From Candidatus Woesearchaeota archaeon (lineage in GTDB: Archaea; Nanobdellota; Nanobdellia; Woesearchaeales; JABIAG01), in the NCBI GenBank assembly GCA_018653365.1, contig JABIAG010000002.1, positions 32,001 through 96,000 on the forward strand: a stretch of DNA of 64,000 bases. The letters run 5' to 3'. This document shows, one piece after another, positions 20,102-28,817 of the stretch. Each line of letters opens with the position of its first letter. Position 1 is the stretch's first letter. Under the pieces are notes generated by a model. That model worked only from the letters and a program-made list of their open reading frames with translations. It ran no database searches and was not told the DNA's origin. The position numbers were made by a program, and so were the translations under genes.

Positions 20102-20566
20102 ATGGTTAAAAAAAGGGGTGTAAAGAAAAGAGGCAGTACTAAGAAGTCTTCTGTTAAGTCTCGTTCTAAAAAAGCACCTAAACGTTCTAAAAAACAGAAA
20201 ATAATCTTAGATATTGGAAAAGGAGGTTTTGTTTTCGGTATTATTCTTGCGATTGTTGTAGGTATTTTGTTAGGCACTTCTAATGTCAAACTTGGTTTAG
20301 GCGTGGGTATTACATATTCAATTATTTTTCTATTGGGTTTAATTGTCGGTATTTTGAATATTACGGTTGATGAAATTAATGAGTTTTTAATTGCAGCCAT
20401 TACTTTTTTAGTTGCTGCTGGCGTTAACGTTTTTGTTATTAAGATGACCTTGCCTTTATTTGGGGGAGTTATTGAACAAATTTCTGTTGCGATTGGAGTT
20501 TTCGTTGCTCCTGCTGCAACCATTGTTGCGATCAAAGCAATGTATGAATTAGCAAAGAAAAAGTAA
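20102..20566 (+). CDS. Membrane protein with a highly basic N-terminal tail
   Basis: K/R/S-rich first 33 aa, then TM segments (GLIVGILNIT..E..EFL, FVAPAA). Confidence 0.7.
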   Translation: MVKKRGVKKRGSTKKSSVKSRSKKAPKRSKKQKIILDIGKGGFVFGIILAIVVGILLGTSNVKLGLGVGITYSIIFLLGLIVGILNITVDEINEFLIAAITFLVAAGVNVFVIKMTLPLFGGVIEQISVAIGVFVAPAATIVAIKAMYELAKKK

Positions 20567-20598
20567 AGTTTATAAAGGAATTCTCACTACTTTATCAT

Positions 20599-20634
20599 AT
20601 GGATGCGAAATCAATTATAGGAATGCATCATTAA
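20599..20634 (+). CDS. Putative 11-aa leader peptide MDAKSIIGMHH upstream of tRNA-His
   Basis: ATG about 25-30 nt after the TTTATAAA box; ends CAT CAT TAA 25 nt before tRNA-His. Confidence 0.3.
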   Translation: MDAKSIIGMHH

Positions 20635-20659
20635 CAACCCTTCTCATAGTTTTTACTTT

Positions 20660-20733
20660 GGTGACCATAGTGTAGCCTGGTAGCATTGAAGCCTGTGGAG
20701 CTTTAGGGGCGGGTTCAAATCCCGCTGGCCACC
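20660..20733 (+). tRNA. tRNA-His(GTG), G-1 encoded, no intron
   Basis: Cloverleaf with GAAGC-CT GTG GA-GCTTT, TTCAAAT T-loop, C73; A4.C69 mismatch. Confidence 0.92.
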
Positions 20734-20795
20734 CTCTTTTTAATTTCTTAAATAAGGAGTAGTAGAGTCATATCTATACTTCTTGGAGGACTAAA

Positions 20796-20861
20796 ATGAA
20801 ACAAAAAACAGAACAGATTAGGGAGGCTAAGGCACAGGGTGCTGGTTGTATTCACTGTTAG
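20796..20861 (+). CDS. Short ORF MKQKTEQIREAKAQGAGCIHC overlapping the GNAT start, or a frameshifted GNAT N-terminus
   Basis: GGAGGA SD 5 nt before ATG; C-terminal CxxC. Confidence 0.35.
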   Translation: MKQKTEQIREAKAQGAGCIHC

Positions 20862-21345
20862 GCCGTATGATTGCAAGGACCTAAATAGTGTGATATCTAT
20901 TTATCAAGCAGTATTTGCTGAACCGCCCTGGAATGAAAGTTGGACAAGAGAGGAAGTAATTGAAGACCTGAGAAGTGCATTAAGACAACCGCAAACAACC
21001 CGGCTTGTTGCAGAATCTGAGAAGCAAGTACTCGGATTTACTTGGGGATATCAATTGCCATCTGAAATGTTTGGTTTGTTGCCAAACTTAACTAAATTTA
21101 GTTACATGGATGAGATGGCTGTTCGCAAGGGAATAAGAAAGAGAGGAATTGGAACACTTCTTGGAGAGGCGTATATAGAAAATGTTAAAAACCAGGGATT
21201 GCCTGGAGTTGTGTTAAGAACCGATCAAAGAAATGATGCATCCATGGCATTGTTTAAACGGTTGGGTTTTTCTTCGGATTTTAATGGAAGAAAAATTTAT
21301 GACCCAAAATATCCTGACAGAGTTTATCTGTGGAGGACGACATGA
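20839..21345 (+). CDS. GNAT-family N-acetyltransferase
   Basis: PPWNESWT, YMDEMAV, RKRGIGT acetyl-CoA motif, NDASMALFKRLGF. Confidence 0.88.
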   Translation: MLVVFTVRPYDCKDLNSVISIYQAVFAEPPWNESWTREEVIEDLRSALRQPQTTRLVAESEKQVLGFTWGYQLPSEMFGLLPNLTKFSYMDEMAVRKGIRKRGIGTLLGEAYIENVKNQGLPGVVLRTDQRNDASMALFKRLGFSSDFNGRKIYDPKYPDRVYLWRTT

Positions 21346-22298
21346 ACGCAACAGAATTAACAAAGGAATTATTAAAAATTCCTTCCCCTTCTGGGGAGGA
21401 AAAAGAAATAGGTAACTACTTAGTTAATAGATTGAAAACTAATTTTGAGGTAACAACTCAAAAGGTTGATAATAATTTCAATATTTTTGCAATTAAGGGT
21501 AACCCAAAACTTGTTCTACAAACGCACATAGATACTGTTCCCAAACAATTGGAGTTAAAAGAGGATGTAGGATTTGTTTATGGTAGGGGTGCCTGTGATA
21601 CTAAAGGAATTATTGCATGTATGGTTCTTGCTGCTGAAGAAGCTGTCAAGGTAGGGAAAACTAATTTTGGATTGGTTTTTACAGTATGTGAAGAGACTAA
21701 TTTTGCAGGAATTAAGCAAGCAGTAACGCAGTTGGATCCTGAATTGGTGATTGTTGGCGAACCAACTGATTTTAAGGTTGTTTATGGACAAAAAGGAATA
21801 TTTTCTTTTAAGATTGAGTGTAAGGGTAAATCTGCTCACAGCGCAATGCCAGAAAAAGGAGACTCTGCAATAATCAAATTGTTGGATGAGTTAGATAGAA
21901 TAAGAAAAATTAAACTTCCAGAGAACGAATTAGGTAAGACTACCTTGAACATTGGGACAATCAAGGGTGGAACAGTAAACAATGTCATTCCTGATTATGC
22001 AGAAGCAGATATTTCAGTTCGAACTACTGTGAGTGCAGAAGAGATAAAAGAATTGTTGGGAATTAAAGAAGCAGTTAGTTTAGATCCCACCATAATAACT
22101 GACCAAGAATTACTCGACAAGTTTTCATATGATAAAATAACTGTTCCTTATTTTACGGAAATGTATTTTTGGAAGAAAGCAATTGTGTTTGGTCCAGGCA
22201 AAATAGAATTTGCACACAGTGATGATGAAAAAATCAGTAAGACTGATTTGGAAAGGGGAAAAGAAGAGTATTTGCAAATTATTAATTTATTGTCCTGA
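21342..22298 (+). CDS. M20 metallopeptidase/deacylase (ArgE/DapE/LysK family)
   Basis: HIDTV, GRGACDTKG, CEE, GEPT, AHS; ATGA overlap with the GNAT stop. Confidence 0.88.
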   Translation: MNATELTKELLKIPSPSGEEKEIGNYLVNRLKTNFEVTTQKVDNNFNIFAIKGNPKLVLQTHIDTVPKQLELKEDVGFVYGRGACDTKGIIACMVLAAEEAVKVGKTNFGLVFTVCEETNFAGIKQAVTQLDPELVIVGEPTDFKVVYGQKGIFSFKIECKGKSAHSAMPEKGDSAIIKLLDELDRIRKIKLPENELGKTTLNIGTIKGGTVNNVIPDYAEADISVRTTVSAEEIKELLGIKEAVSLDPTIITDQELLDKFSYDKITVPYFTEMYFWKKAIVFGPGKIEFAHSDDEKISKTDLERGKEEYLQIINLLS

Positions 22299-23762
22299 AC
22301 AAGCCTGGCGTAATTTTTCATCAAAAATATTCCCCATTTTTATGTAGTGGTTGCCCTCTTCTTCAGGTAGTGGAATTTCCATAATTAAATAATTAAGGGC
22401 ATCAATTCCTGATCTAATTGCTGCTTGGACATCCCTAGTTCTTCCCTGTCTTTGATAATATGCTGCCTTATCCATTGCTCTTTCTACTGTGGCAGCTAAG
22501 AACTCATGTAAAAAACTCTCTTCTATTTCACCTCCCTCTGTTATCACGTAATCAGCATATCTTTCGGCAGCCTCAACTTTTTCTTCCATTGTTTTGTAGA
22601 ATGGAACAAACCCGAGTATGTGAGCTGCTTCTGCAGCATATGTTGCGAGTCCTTTATCGGCAGTATCTAAAAACATAATTCCTCCCTCTTCTAATGCCAT
22701 TAGGTTGTCTGTGTGTGGGTCACGACTAACACATCTTCTTCCTTGTTCTATTGTATTGGCTAGTGTATCTGTGTGTTCAACAAGGCGTGCATCAAATTCT
22801 GCTGCATGTTTTCTTGCTTTTGTTAGATAATCATAGGGTGTAAAACTTTCTCTGGGAGTGTGTACGTTGGCTTTTGCTAGCTCTCTTAATGCATTGTCAT
22901 ATGTGTCTTCACTTAAGGCATTAGCTTTTATTAATTCAGTTAGCACTTCTCCTTCTGCAAATTCCATAACATAATATTGTCTATTTCCTGTTGTTAGTAA
23001 AATTATTTCTTGTGGGACTCTTACTATTCCTTCACTTATTCTTCTTACCTGGAGTTCTCGTTCAAATCCCTCTTCACTCTCTTTAACGGCGAGGGTTCCA
23101 ACCTCTCCCTGTCCCACTGTGCTTATTTTTGACATTGCGATTCGGTAGGTTGTGAATTGTCTTAGAAAAACCCCTTTTCTTATCATTTTTTCAACCATTG
23201 ATTGGAGTAGTGGTTGAGTGATATCGTTTCCAAGTTCTAATGTTCTGTAAATTCCAAGTAATGCTTGGAATGCCATCCAGTCTTCATTAGTTTCGTCTTC
23301 TGTCATAGCAACTAATCTTTTTATCATGCTTCTATCCTCTCTTAGAAAATAGTTTGTGTAGAGGAGTGCAGCATTTATTTTTCCCTGATTTATGGCCTCG
23401 TCTAATGTTCTTTCAGCTTTTCTGGGATCTGTTTCAAAATAGTGCAGTGCTAGTGCTTGGTATGTTTCTGGCCTGGCTTCGCCCTGTTCTTTTAGTCTTT
23501 CTAATACTTCTAGTGCCATTTCTTTGCTAAAACCTTCATCATCGTCATCGTACATTGTTAGTCGTAATTGTGCAGGAAATTCCATTCCTCTATCTCCCAA
23601 TAGGATTAGGTGATCAAGATCGTGTATTATTTCTTCACGTGTTGCGGAACCTCTTTCGATTTGTTCTTGTAATTCTGTAACTTTTTGTAGGCCTTCTTTA
23701 TTATGTTGTCGCATTCGAGATATTTCTCTTGCTGTTTCAGAATCAATTGGACTTTCATTCAT
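22287..23762 (-). CDS. Orphan protein with TPR-like repeats and a C-terminal APH/kinase-like phosphotransferase domain
   Basis: LAVKE, YVMEFAEGE, RDPHTDNLM, MFLD motifs. Confidence 0.55.
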   Translation of the reverse strand: MNESPIDSETAREISRMRQHNKEGLQKVTELQEQIERGSATREEIIHDLDHLILLGDRGMEFPAQLRLTMYDDDDEGFSKEMALEVLERLKEQGEARPETYQALALHYFETDPRKAERTLDEAINQGKINAALLYTNYFLREDRSMIKRLVAMTEDETNEDWMAFQALLGIYRTLELGNDITQPLLQSMVEKMIRKGVFLRQFTTYRIAMSKISTVGQGEVGTLAVKESEEGFERELQVRRISEGIVRVPQEIILLTTGNRQYYVMEFAEGEVLTELIKANALSEDTYDNALRELAKANVHTPRESFTPYDYLTKARKHAAEFDARLVEHTDTLANTIEQGRRCVSRDPHTDNLMALEEGGIMFLDTADKGLATYAAEAAHILGFVPFYKTMEEKVEAAERYADYVITEGGEIEESFLHEFLAATVERAMDKAAYYQRQGRTRDVQAAIRSGIDALNYLIMEIPLPEEEGNHYIKMGNIFDEKLRQACSGQ

Positions 23763-23815
23763 GCATTTGGTTAATTTCCTGGTTATTATAAAAATTTGTA
23801 TATACTTTAATGAAT

Positions 23816-23856
23816 TTCACCACTCAAAGGTAACACATAACCAAAAACTTTAAATA
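23816..23856 (+). promoter_or_regulatory. BRE/TATA promoter with an upstream site shared with 2823-2859
   Basis: CCACTCAAAGGTAACACATAACCAAAAACTTTAAATA; 28/37 ungapped identity. Confidence 0.55.
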
Positions 23857-23882
23857 CTAATTATGCTTTACTGGTCTATAAT

Positions 23883-24893
23883 ATGAGACAAATGCTTGCT
23901 AAATACAGTGGTGCACTAAGAGATTCTTTTAATTATGCTAGACGTACTTCTGTTTCTGATGCTGGTAAAGACCTTAGTTCTTATGTTGGTCGTGTTGCAG
24001 GTGATGCTAGATCTTATGTTTCTGATGCACGGGATTCTATTGGTGAATTTTCTAATGGATTTTTTTCTAATGGATTTGTTAGCTCGATGAGACGTTTAAG
24101 TGGTAATCCTATGCAATCTTTGGCTTTTGCTGGTGGTTATGCTCAACGTATGCCTGAAGATAGACAACAAGAACTTGCTGGTCGTGGTTATGATGCTTTA
24201 AGAGCTCAACACGGTAAAGGTGCGGGTAAAGCACTTGAAAAACTTCAATCTCAACATAAAGATTTCACACTTATAGAATTACTTGTAGTAATTGCAATTA
24301 TAGCAATTCTTGCAGGTATGTTACTTCCTGCTTTGGCTGGTGCTAGAGAAAAAGCAAGATCTTCACAATGTATTAATAATTTGAAACAGCAAGGACTTGC
24401 TGCAACAATGTATGCTCAAGATTATGAAGGAATGTTCCCACAAGCTTCTGGAGCAGACCCTTATGTTACGCCTACAATTAGATTGCGAGCGGGTGCTACA
24501 GCAATTATGGGGGCTGGAAGACTTATTGATGGAAATTATGGTGTTGGGCCAGAACAATTTGAATGCCCTTCTAATTCTAATAAGTGGTTTAGGGGAGGAA
24601 AAGTGGTAAGTAATTGGGGGAGTTTAGCAACTGTTGATAATGCTTACATGTGGACTGGTATGCGAAATATCCGAAGGGATAGATCTCCAACTAGTTCTGT
24701 TTTGGCTTTTGATGCCAACGTTCTTGGTGGCGGAAGTGCAAGTAATGGTCATCCTGGTGGGGTTAATTTAGTTCGTGCAGATGGTGGAGCACAACGTGAG
24801 AACGATACTGCGGGAATTTCTCGTCCATTGACTAGTTCTAGTACTAATATGGCTGATGCTTCAGATCGTTTACAAACCCAATTTGGTCAATAG
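23883..24893 (+). CDS. Bacterial-type prepilin N-methylation-domain protein (DUF1559/H-X9-DG family) with a 127-aa N-terminal extension
   Basis: [42 protein letters not shown]...MYAQDY; FECPS; [12 protein letters not shown]. Confidence 0.88.
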   Translation: MRQMLAKYSGALRDSFNYARRTSVSDAGKDLSSYVGRVAGDARSYVSDARDSIGEFSNGFFSNGFVSSMRRLSGNPMQSLAFAGGYAQRMPEDRQQELAGRGYDALRAQHGKGAGKALEKLQSQHKDFTLIELLVVIAIIAILAGMLLPALAGAREKARSSQCINNLKQQGLAATMYAQDYEGMFPQASGADPYVTPTIRLRAGATAIMGAGRLIDGNYGVGPEQFECPSNSNKWFRGGKVVSNWGSLATVDNAYMWTGMRNIRRDRSPTSSVLAFDANVLGGGSASNGHPGGVNLVRADGGAQRENDTAGISRPLTSSSTNMADASDRLQTQFGQ

Positions 24894-24937
24894 TTGGCTT
24901 TCTAAATAAAAACATTTAAATAGTTCTTTTCTGATAC

Positions 24938-24982
24938 GTTAAACATATTAACCTAATTTAACAGGTTAAACTTGTTTAACTA
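24938..24982 (+). promoter_or_regulatory. Five tandem 9-bp iterons (RTTWAMCNN), putative RHH operator
   Basis: GTTAAACAT ATTAACCTA ATTTAACAG GTTAAACTT GTTTAACTA between the TATA box and ATG. Confidence 0.7.
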
Positions 24983-25140
24983 TGAAGTCAAATAAACTAA
25001 TTAAAAATCTTGATGAACAAACCTGGAATAAGTTTGTTGCTTTCTGTAAGCTAAAGAATGTTAAGGTAGCTCCTGAACTCGAAATCATAATAAATACGCA
25101 TTTAGATAAGAATCTAAAACAATTGTTCAATAAAAAATGA
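24982..25140 (+). CDS. Small ribbon-helix-helix-like DNA-binding protein (52 aa, not in the ORF track)
   Basis: MKSNKLIKNLDEQTWNKFVAFCKLKNVKVAPELEIIINTHL...; stop overlaps the next ATG (ATGA). Confidence 0.65.
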   Translation: MKSNKLIKNLDEQTWNKFVAFCKLKNVKVAPELEIIINTHLDKNLKQLFNKK

Positions 25141-27689
25141 AAAATAGAATACTTGCATCACTAACCTTGGTTTTTGCACTTTTCGCAGTGTTTGCATTTT
25201 ATAATCAGGGGATTACGGGGTTTGTTGTTAATGTGGGGGCATGTAATTTTAATGCAGATAGTGTGGGAGAAACATACACTTTATCAGGAAACCTGGGAAC
25301 TTGCTCTGGGGAAAATGCAATTAATGTTTTAGCTAATAACATTATTGTTGATTGCAATGGTAATGAGATCATTGGAAATGGGGTGGCGGGGAGCGCAATG
25401 GGTATAAATGTGGGTGCTAGTCTGACGGGAATCACCCTCAAGAATTGCATAATTAAAGATTTTCTTTTTGGTATTTCAACTGCGGGTTCGGGGGTTTCTA
25501 TTGAAAACGTTCAGATTTATGATGATGATATGAGCTCTTGTTATACTGGAGGAAATCCCACTGAAGTTGGAGATCTTAATTACTGCGGTGCCGAAGCTGA
25601 TCTGCCGGTAACAGACAATGCTCCAACTATAACATCTTTAGATTTTCCTCCTGATGATGAAACTATTATTAATGTTCCTGTTGATTTTAATTTTACTGTT
25701 TGGGATGATTTTAATGTTTCTACCTGTGACTTGTGGTCGAACTTTAGCGGTACGTGGGAATTAAACTCTTCCATTGCTCCTGAGAATAATCACTCTGAAA
25801 CGTTTAATTTTACCCTATCGCCTTTGGATGGCGAATATATTTGGAATGTTAATTGTACTGATAATGCAACAACTCCTAATTCTGTTTGGTATGCTGCAGG
25901 TAATTATTCAGTAACTATCAACACAACTGATCCTCCTCCAACCATTACAGAATTAACTCATCCCTCTTCAACGTTTAGTGCGATTGCCGAACCTTTGGAT
26001 TTTAATTTCACTGTTCATGATAATTGGAATGTTTCAAATTGTTCTTTGTGGACAAATATTTCAACTGTTTGGGCTGAAACTGCGTTTAGAACTATTGGTA
26101 CTAATGTTTCTGCCACATATAATATTTCGTTGGTTGTTGGTGTGGGAGACTATATTTGGAATGTTAATTGTACTGATAATGCTTCTAATTCTTCGTGGTA
26201 TGTGTCTAATGCTTCAGTTGTTATTTCTGATCCTGCTCCAACATTAAGCTTATATTCTCCAAGTTCTGCTTCAACAGTTTCTGCAGTTCCTATGAATTTT
26301 ACGTTTAATGTTTCTGATAATTATAATGTTTCGAGTTGTTCTTTATTTGCTAATTTTAGTGGAGCTTGGAGTCAGAATGATTCTTTGGAAATTCAAAATA
26401 ACACTCAAGGTATTTACAACTTGACTCTTTCCCCGACTGATGGAATTTATTTGTGGGGTGTTAATTGTTCAGACAATGCATCTCAAACAACTTGGTCTGA
26501 TAATTATACTGTTACTGTCAATGCAGTGGATGATTATCCTACGGTGACTCTGGCTTCGCCAAGTAATGCAGCATCAATTACTGCATCGTCAACTACTTTG
26601 CAAATTACAACTTTGGATGATTATAATGTTACGGCTTGTACTTTGTGGACTAATTTTAATGGTTCTTGGGCAGCTAATGAAACCCTGAATGTTAGTGTTC
26701 CTGCTTCCACAACAACGTCATTTACTGTCTCTCCAGCATATGGTACTTATACTTGGAATGCTAATTGTACTGATAATGCTTCTCAGTCTTCTTGGGCAGC
26801 AGATAATTTCACATTTGCTTTACAACAAGCTACAACAACTAGTAATACTGGGGGAAGTAGTGGGGGGGGAAGCGATGACGATGATGAGGAAGAGGTTACT
26901 CCTGCTCTTGTCATTCCTGCTGTAGTTCCTGTTGAAGAAGAGGAAGAAGAAGTTGAAGAAGTCATTGAGGAAGTTGTTGAAGAAGAATTGTTTGCTCCGC
27001 CTGTTGAGGAAGAGGAAGCAGAAAAACAAGAATCAATATCAAATGCAAAAAGGTCAAAATCAGAGATAGTTGAGGTAGAGTGTGATCCTGCAGAGAGTAA
27101 TTGTGATGAATGGTTTGATAACTTAATAACAAAGATGGATCGTACTTTGGATAAGGTTGATTTGACAAAGAATGTGACTTTTGATAACGAAACTAATACT
27201 ACTAAAGTCGCGATTAGTATTGTTCCTGAAGAGGATCTTGAAGATTTCAGGTATTATCAAAGTATTCCGAAGTGTATGGCAATTTATGTTCACTTAGTTA
27301 AGTTTAAGAATACTGATTTCGAGGTATTAAAAGACGATCCTTTGATTGTTTGGAGTTTTGCAAATGTTCAAAAAGGTGAAGAATTAGATCTTGGTTTTGA
27401 GGTTATGGGTGACATTCCAGAGAATTGTTATGAATTCATTTCCGAACTTCTTTATGAAGAACAAGAAAAGTTTTCTGGTAAGCATATGTTTGGGTTGATC
27501 ACTGGTTTGTCAGTTCTTGGTTTGGTTGCTTTGGGTATTACGTATTCTTCTAAGTATTCACACCATTTAGTTGCTGCTAAGAATGTTGGAACTAAGTTCT
27601 TTAAGAAATCATCTAAGTCTGAGATAAAAGTACCTGCTAAGGTTGATAAAAAGATCGATATCATCAAAGAAAGGATGAAACAATTATAA
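25137..27689 (+). CDS. Large cell-surface glycoprotein: beta-helix-like N-terminus, four ~100-aa Ig-like repeats, acidic linker, TM anchor
   Basis: Repeated FNFTV.D..NV..C.LW.N / YIWNVNCTDNA; many N-x-S/T sequons; GITGFVV after the N-terminal helix. Confidence 0.8.
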   Translation: MKNRILASLTLVFALFAVFAFYNQGITGFVVNVGACNFNADSVGETYTLSGNLGTCSGENAINVLANNIIVDCNGNEIIGNGVAGSAMGINVGASLTGITLKNCIIKDFLFGISTAGSGVSIENVQIYDDDMSSCYTGGNPTEVGDLNYCGAEADLPVTDNAPTITSLDFPPDDETIINVPVDFNFTVWDDFNVSTCDLWSNFSGTWELNSSIAPENNHSETFNFTLSPLDGEYIWNVNCTDNATTPNSVWYAAGNYSVTINTTDPPPTITELTHPSSTFSAIAEPLDFNFTVHDNWNVSNCSLWTNISTVWAETAFRTIGTNVSATYNISLVVGVGDYIWNVNCTDNASNSSWYVSNASVVISDPAPTLSLYSPSSASTVSAVPMNFTFNVSDNYNVSSCSLFANFSGAWSQNDSLEIQNNTQGIYNLTLSPTDGIYLWGVNCSDNASQTTWSDNYTVTVNAVDDYPTVTLASPSNAASITASSTTLQITTLDDYNVTACTLWTNFNGSWAANETLNVSVPASTTTSFTVSPAYGTYTWNANCTDNASQSSWAADNFTFALQQATTTSNTGGSSGGGSDDDDEEEVTPALVIPAVVPVEEEEEEVEEVIEEVVEEELFAPPVEEEEAEKQESISNAKRSKSEIVEVECDPAESNCDEWFDNLITKMDRTLDKVDLTKNVTFDNETNTTKVAISIVPEEDLEDFRYYQSIPKCMAIYVHLVKFKNTDFEVLKDDPLIVWSFANVQKGEELDLGFEVMGDIPENCYEFISELLYEEQEKFSGKHMFGLITGLSVLGLVALGITYSSKYSHHLVAAKNVGTKFFKKSSKSEIKVPAKVDKKIDIIKERMKQL

Positions 27690-27761
27690 GCCCTTGAAGA
27701 GATTTGAACTCTCGATCTTCTGCTTACGAGGCAGATGCATTAGCCGCTATGCTACAAGGGC
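27689..27761 (-). tRNA. tRNA-Thr(CGT)
   Basis: GCCCTTG/CAAGGGC acceptor, TCTGC-CT CGT AA-GCAGA, TTCAAAT T-loop. Confidence 0.93.
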
Positions 27762-27814
27762 ACTAACTGTTCTACTTTCATAAACTATAAAAAGATTTCC
27801 TCCTAGACTTAAGT

Positions 27815-28561
27815 ATGGCTTCTATTGGATTGTGGAAAAAGGCGGCAAACATTGAGGGGGTGGGTTTACTTTCAACTACTGGTGTTTATTCCAAGATTAA
27901 AGGGATGGGTTTGAAAACAGTTCAATGGATTAAGTTTTCGCCAAGTTCTAAAAAAGATATTCTAAATATGAAAAAGCGGTGTTCAGAATTCATAACTAAA
28001 CATACCCCCTGTTTGTTTATTTGGGAGCCAAGACACACTGGTGAGAAAGGTTATATTATTGATGTGAATGAAATAAGTCAAGTTGTTGAGTCATTAGCTA
28101 GTTTGCCTGTTTTGGCTTATTCTTATTTGATCACTACACAAATATCTAATCCTAAAAAGGGATTCATTGGAAGTGTAATCTCTGATGGTAAAGGGAAGTT
28201 GTATTGCGAAACTTATCATGAACCAGGAATTTGTAGTCATCGTGTGTTAAGTCAGTCAAAAATAGATGAGAATAAATCAAGTTTTTTTGGTAGATTCTCA
28301 ACAGTAAATTTCGACCTATTTAATTTGGAAGGAAGTGTTTTATCTTCTGCTAATGTGAGAACTATATTGAATAATTATTCTGGTATGAAGGGCTATTTTG
28401 AGTTTGTTTACGGTGTCCATCTGGGAAATTGGGAGTTGTGTACAACTGGTTTTGAGAATTTGGGTTTTATCACCTTTCCCGAACACGTTGTAAGCGCAGC
28501 TTTAAGTAGTACAGGAAACCGTTGGCGTGCTGAAACATTAAGACATTATTCTGATTTCTGA
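27815..28561 (+). CDS. Hypothetical protein
   Basis: 248-aa ORF, no recognised motif. Confidence 0.55.
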   Translation: MASIGLWKKAANIEGVGLLSTTGVYSKIKGMGLKTVQWIKFSPSSKKDILNMKKRCSEFITKHTPCLFIWEPRHTGEKGYIIDVNEISQVVESLASLPVLAYSYLITTQISNPKKGFIGSVISDGKGKLYCETYHEPGICSHRVLSQSKIDENKSSFFGRFSTVNFDLFNLEGSVLSSANVRTILNNYSGMKGYFEFVYGVHLGNWELCTTGFENLGFITFPEHVVSAALSSTGNRWRAETLRHYSDF

Positions 28562-28627
28562 CAAGGTGAACGTTAGAGAGCTTTTTCAGAAATCTCTGAT
28601 TTCTGACAGAGTGAACAAATAGCTTTT
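28550..28627. repeat. Imperfect ~46-bp tandem repeat containing the palindrome TCAGAAATC-TCT-GATTTCTGA
   Basis: TCTGATTTCTGACA..GTGAAC occurs twice; palindrome at 28586-28606. Confidence 0.75.
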
Positions 28628-28817
28628 CCTTTAACAATCGTACCTTTGATTTTATTTAAGAATGTTTTTTCTATTTTTTTATTACATTTACTGCATTTCA
28701 TATTCTGTATAAATCTGGTTTGATATATAAAACTTACTCATAACAAAAACAATATTTTTGAACTTATCTGCAATAAGTACCAAAAAATATATAAGGCAAT
28801 TAATCCATTTTTTACTT

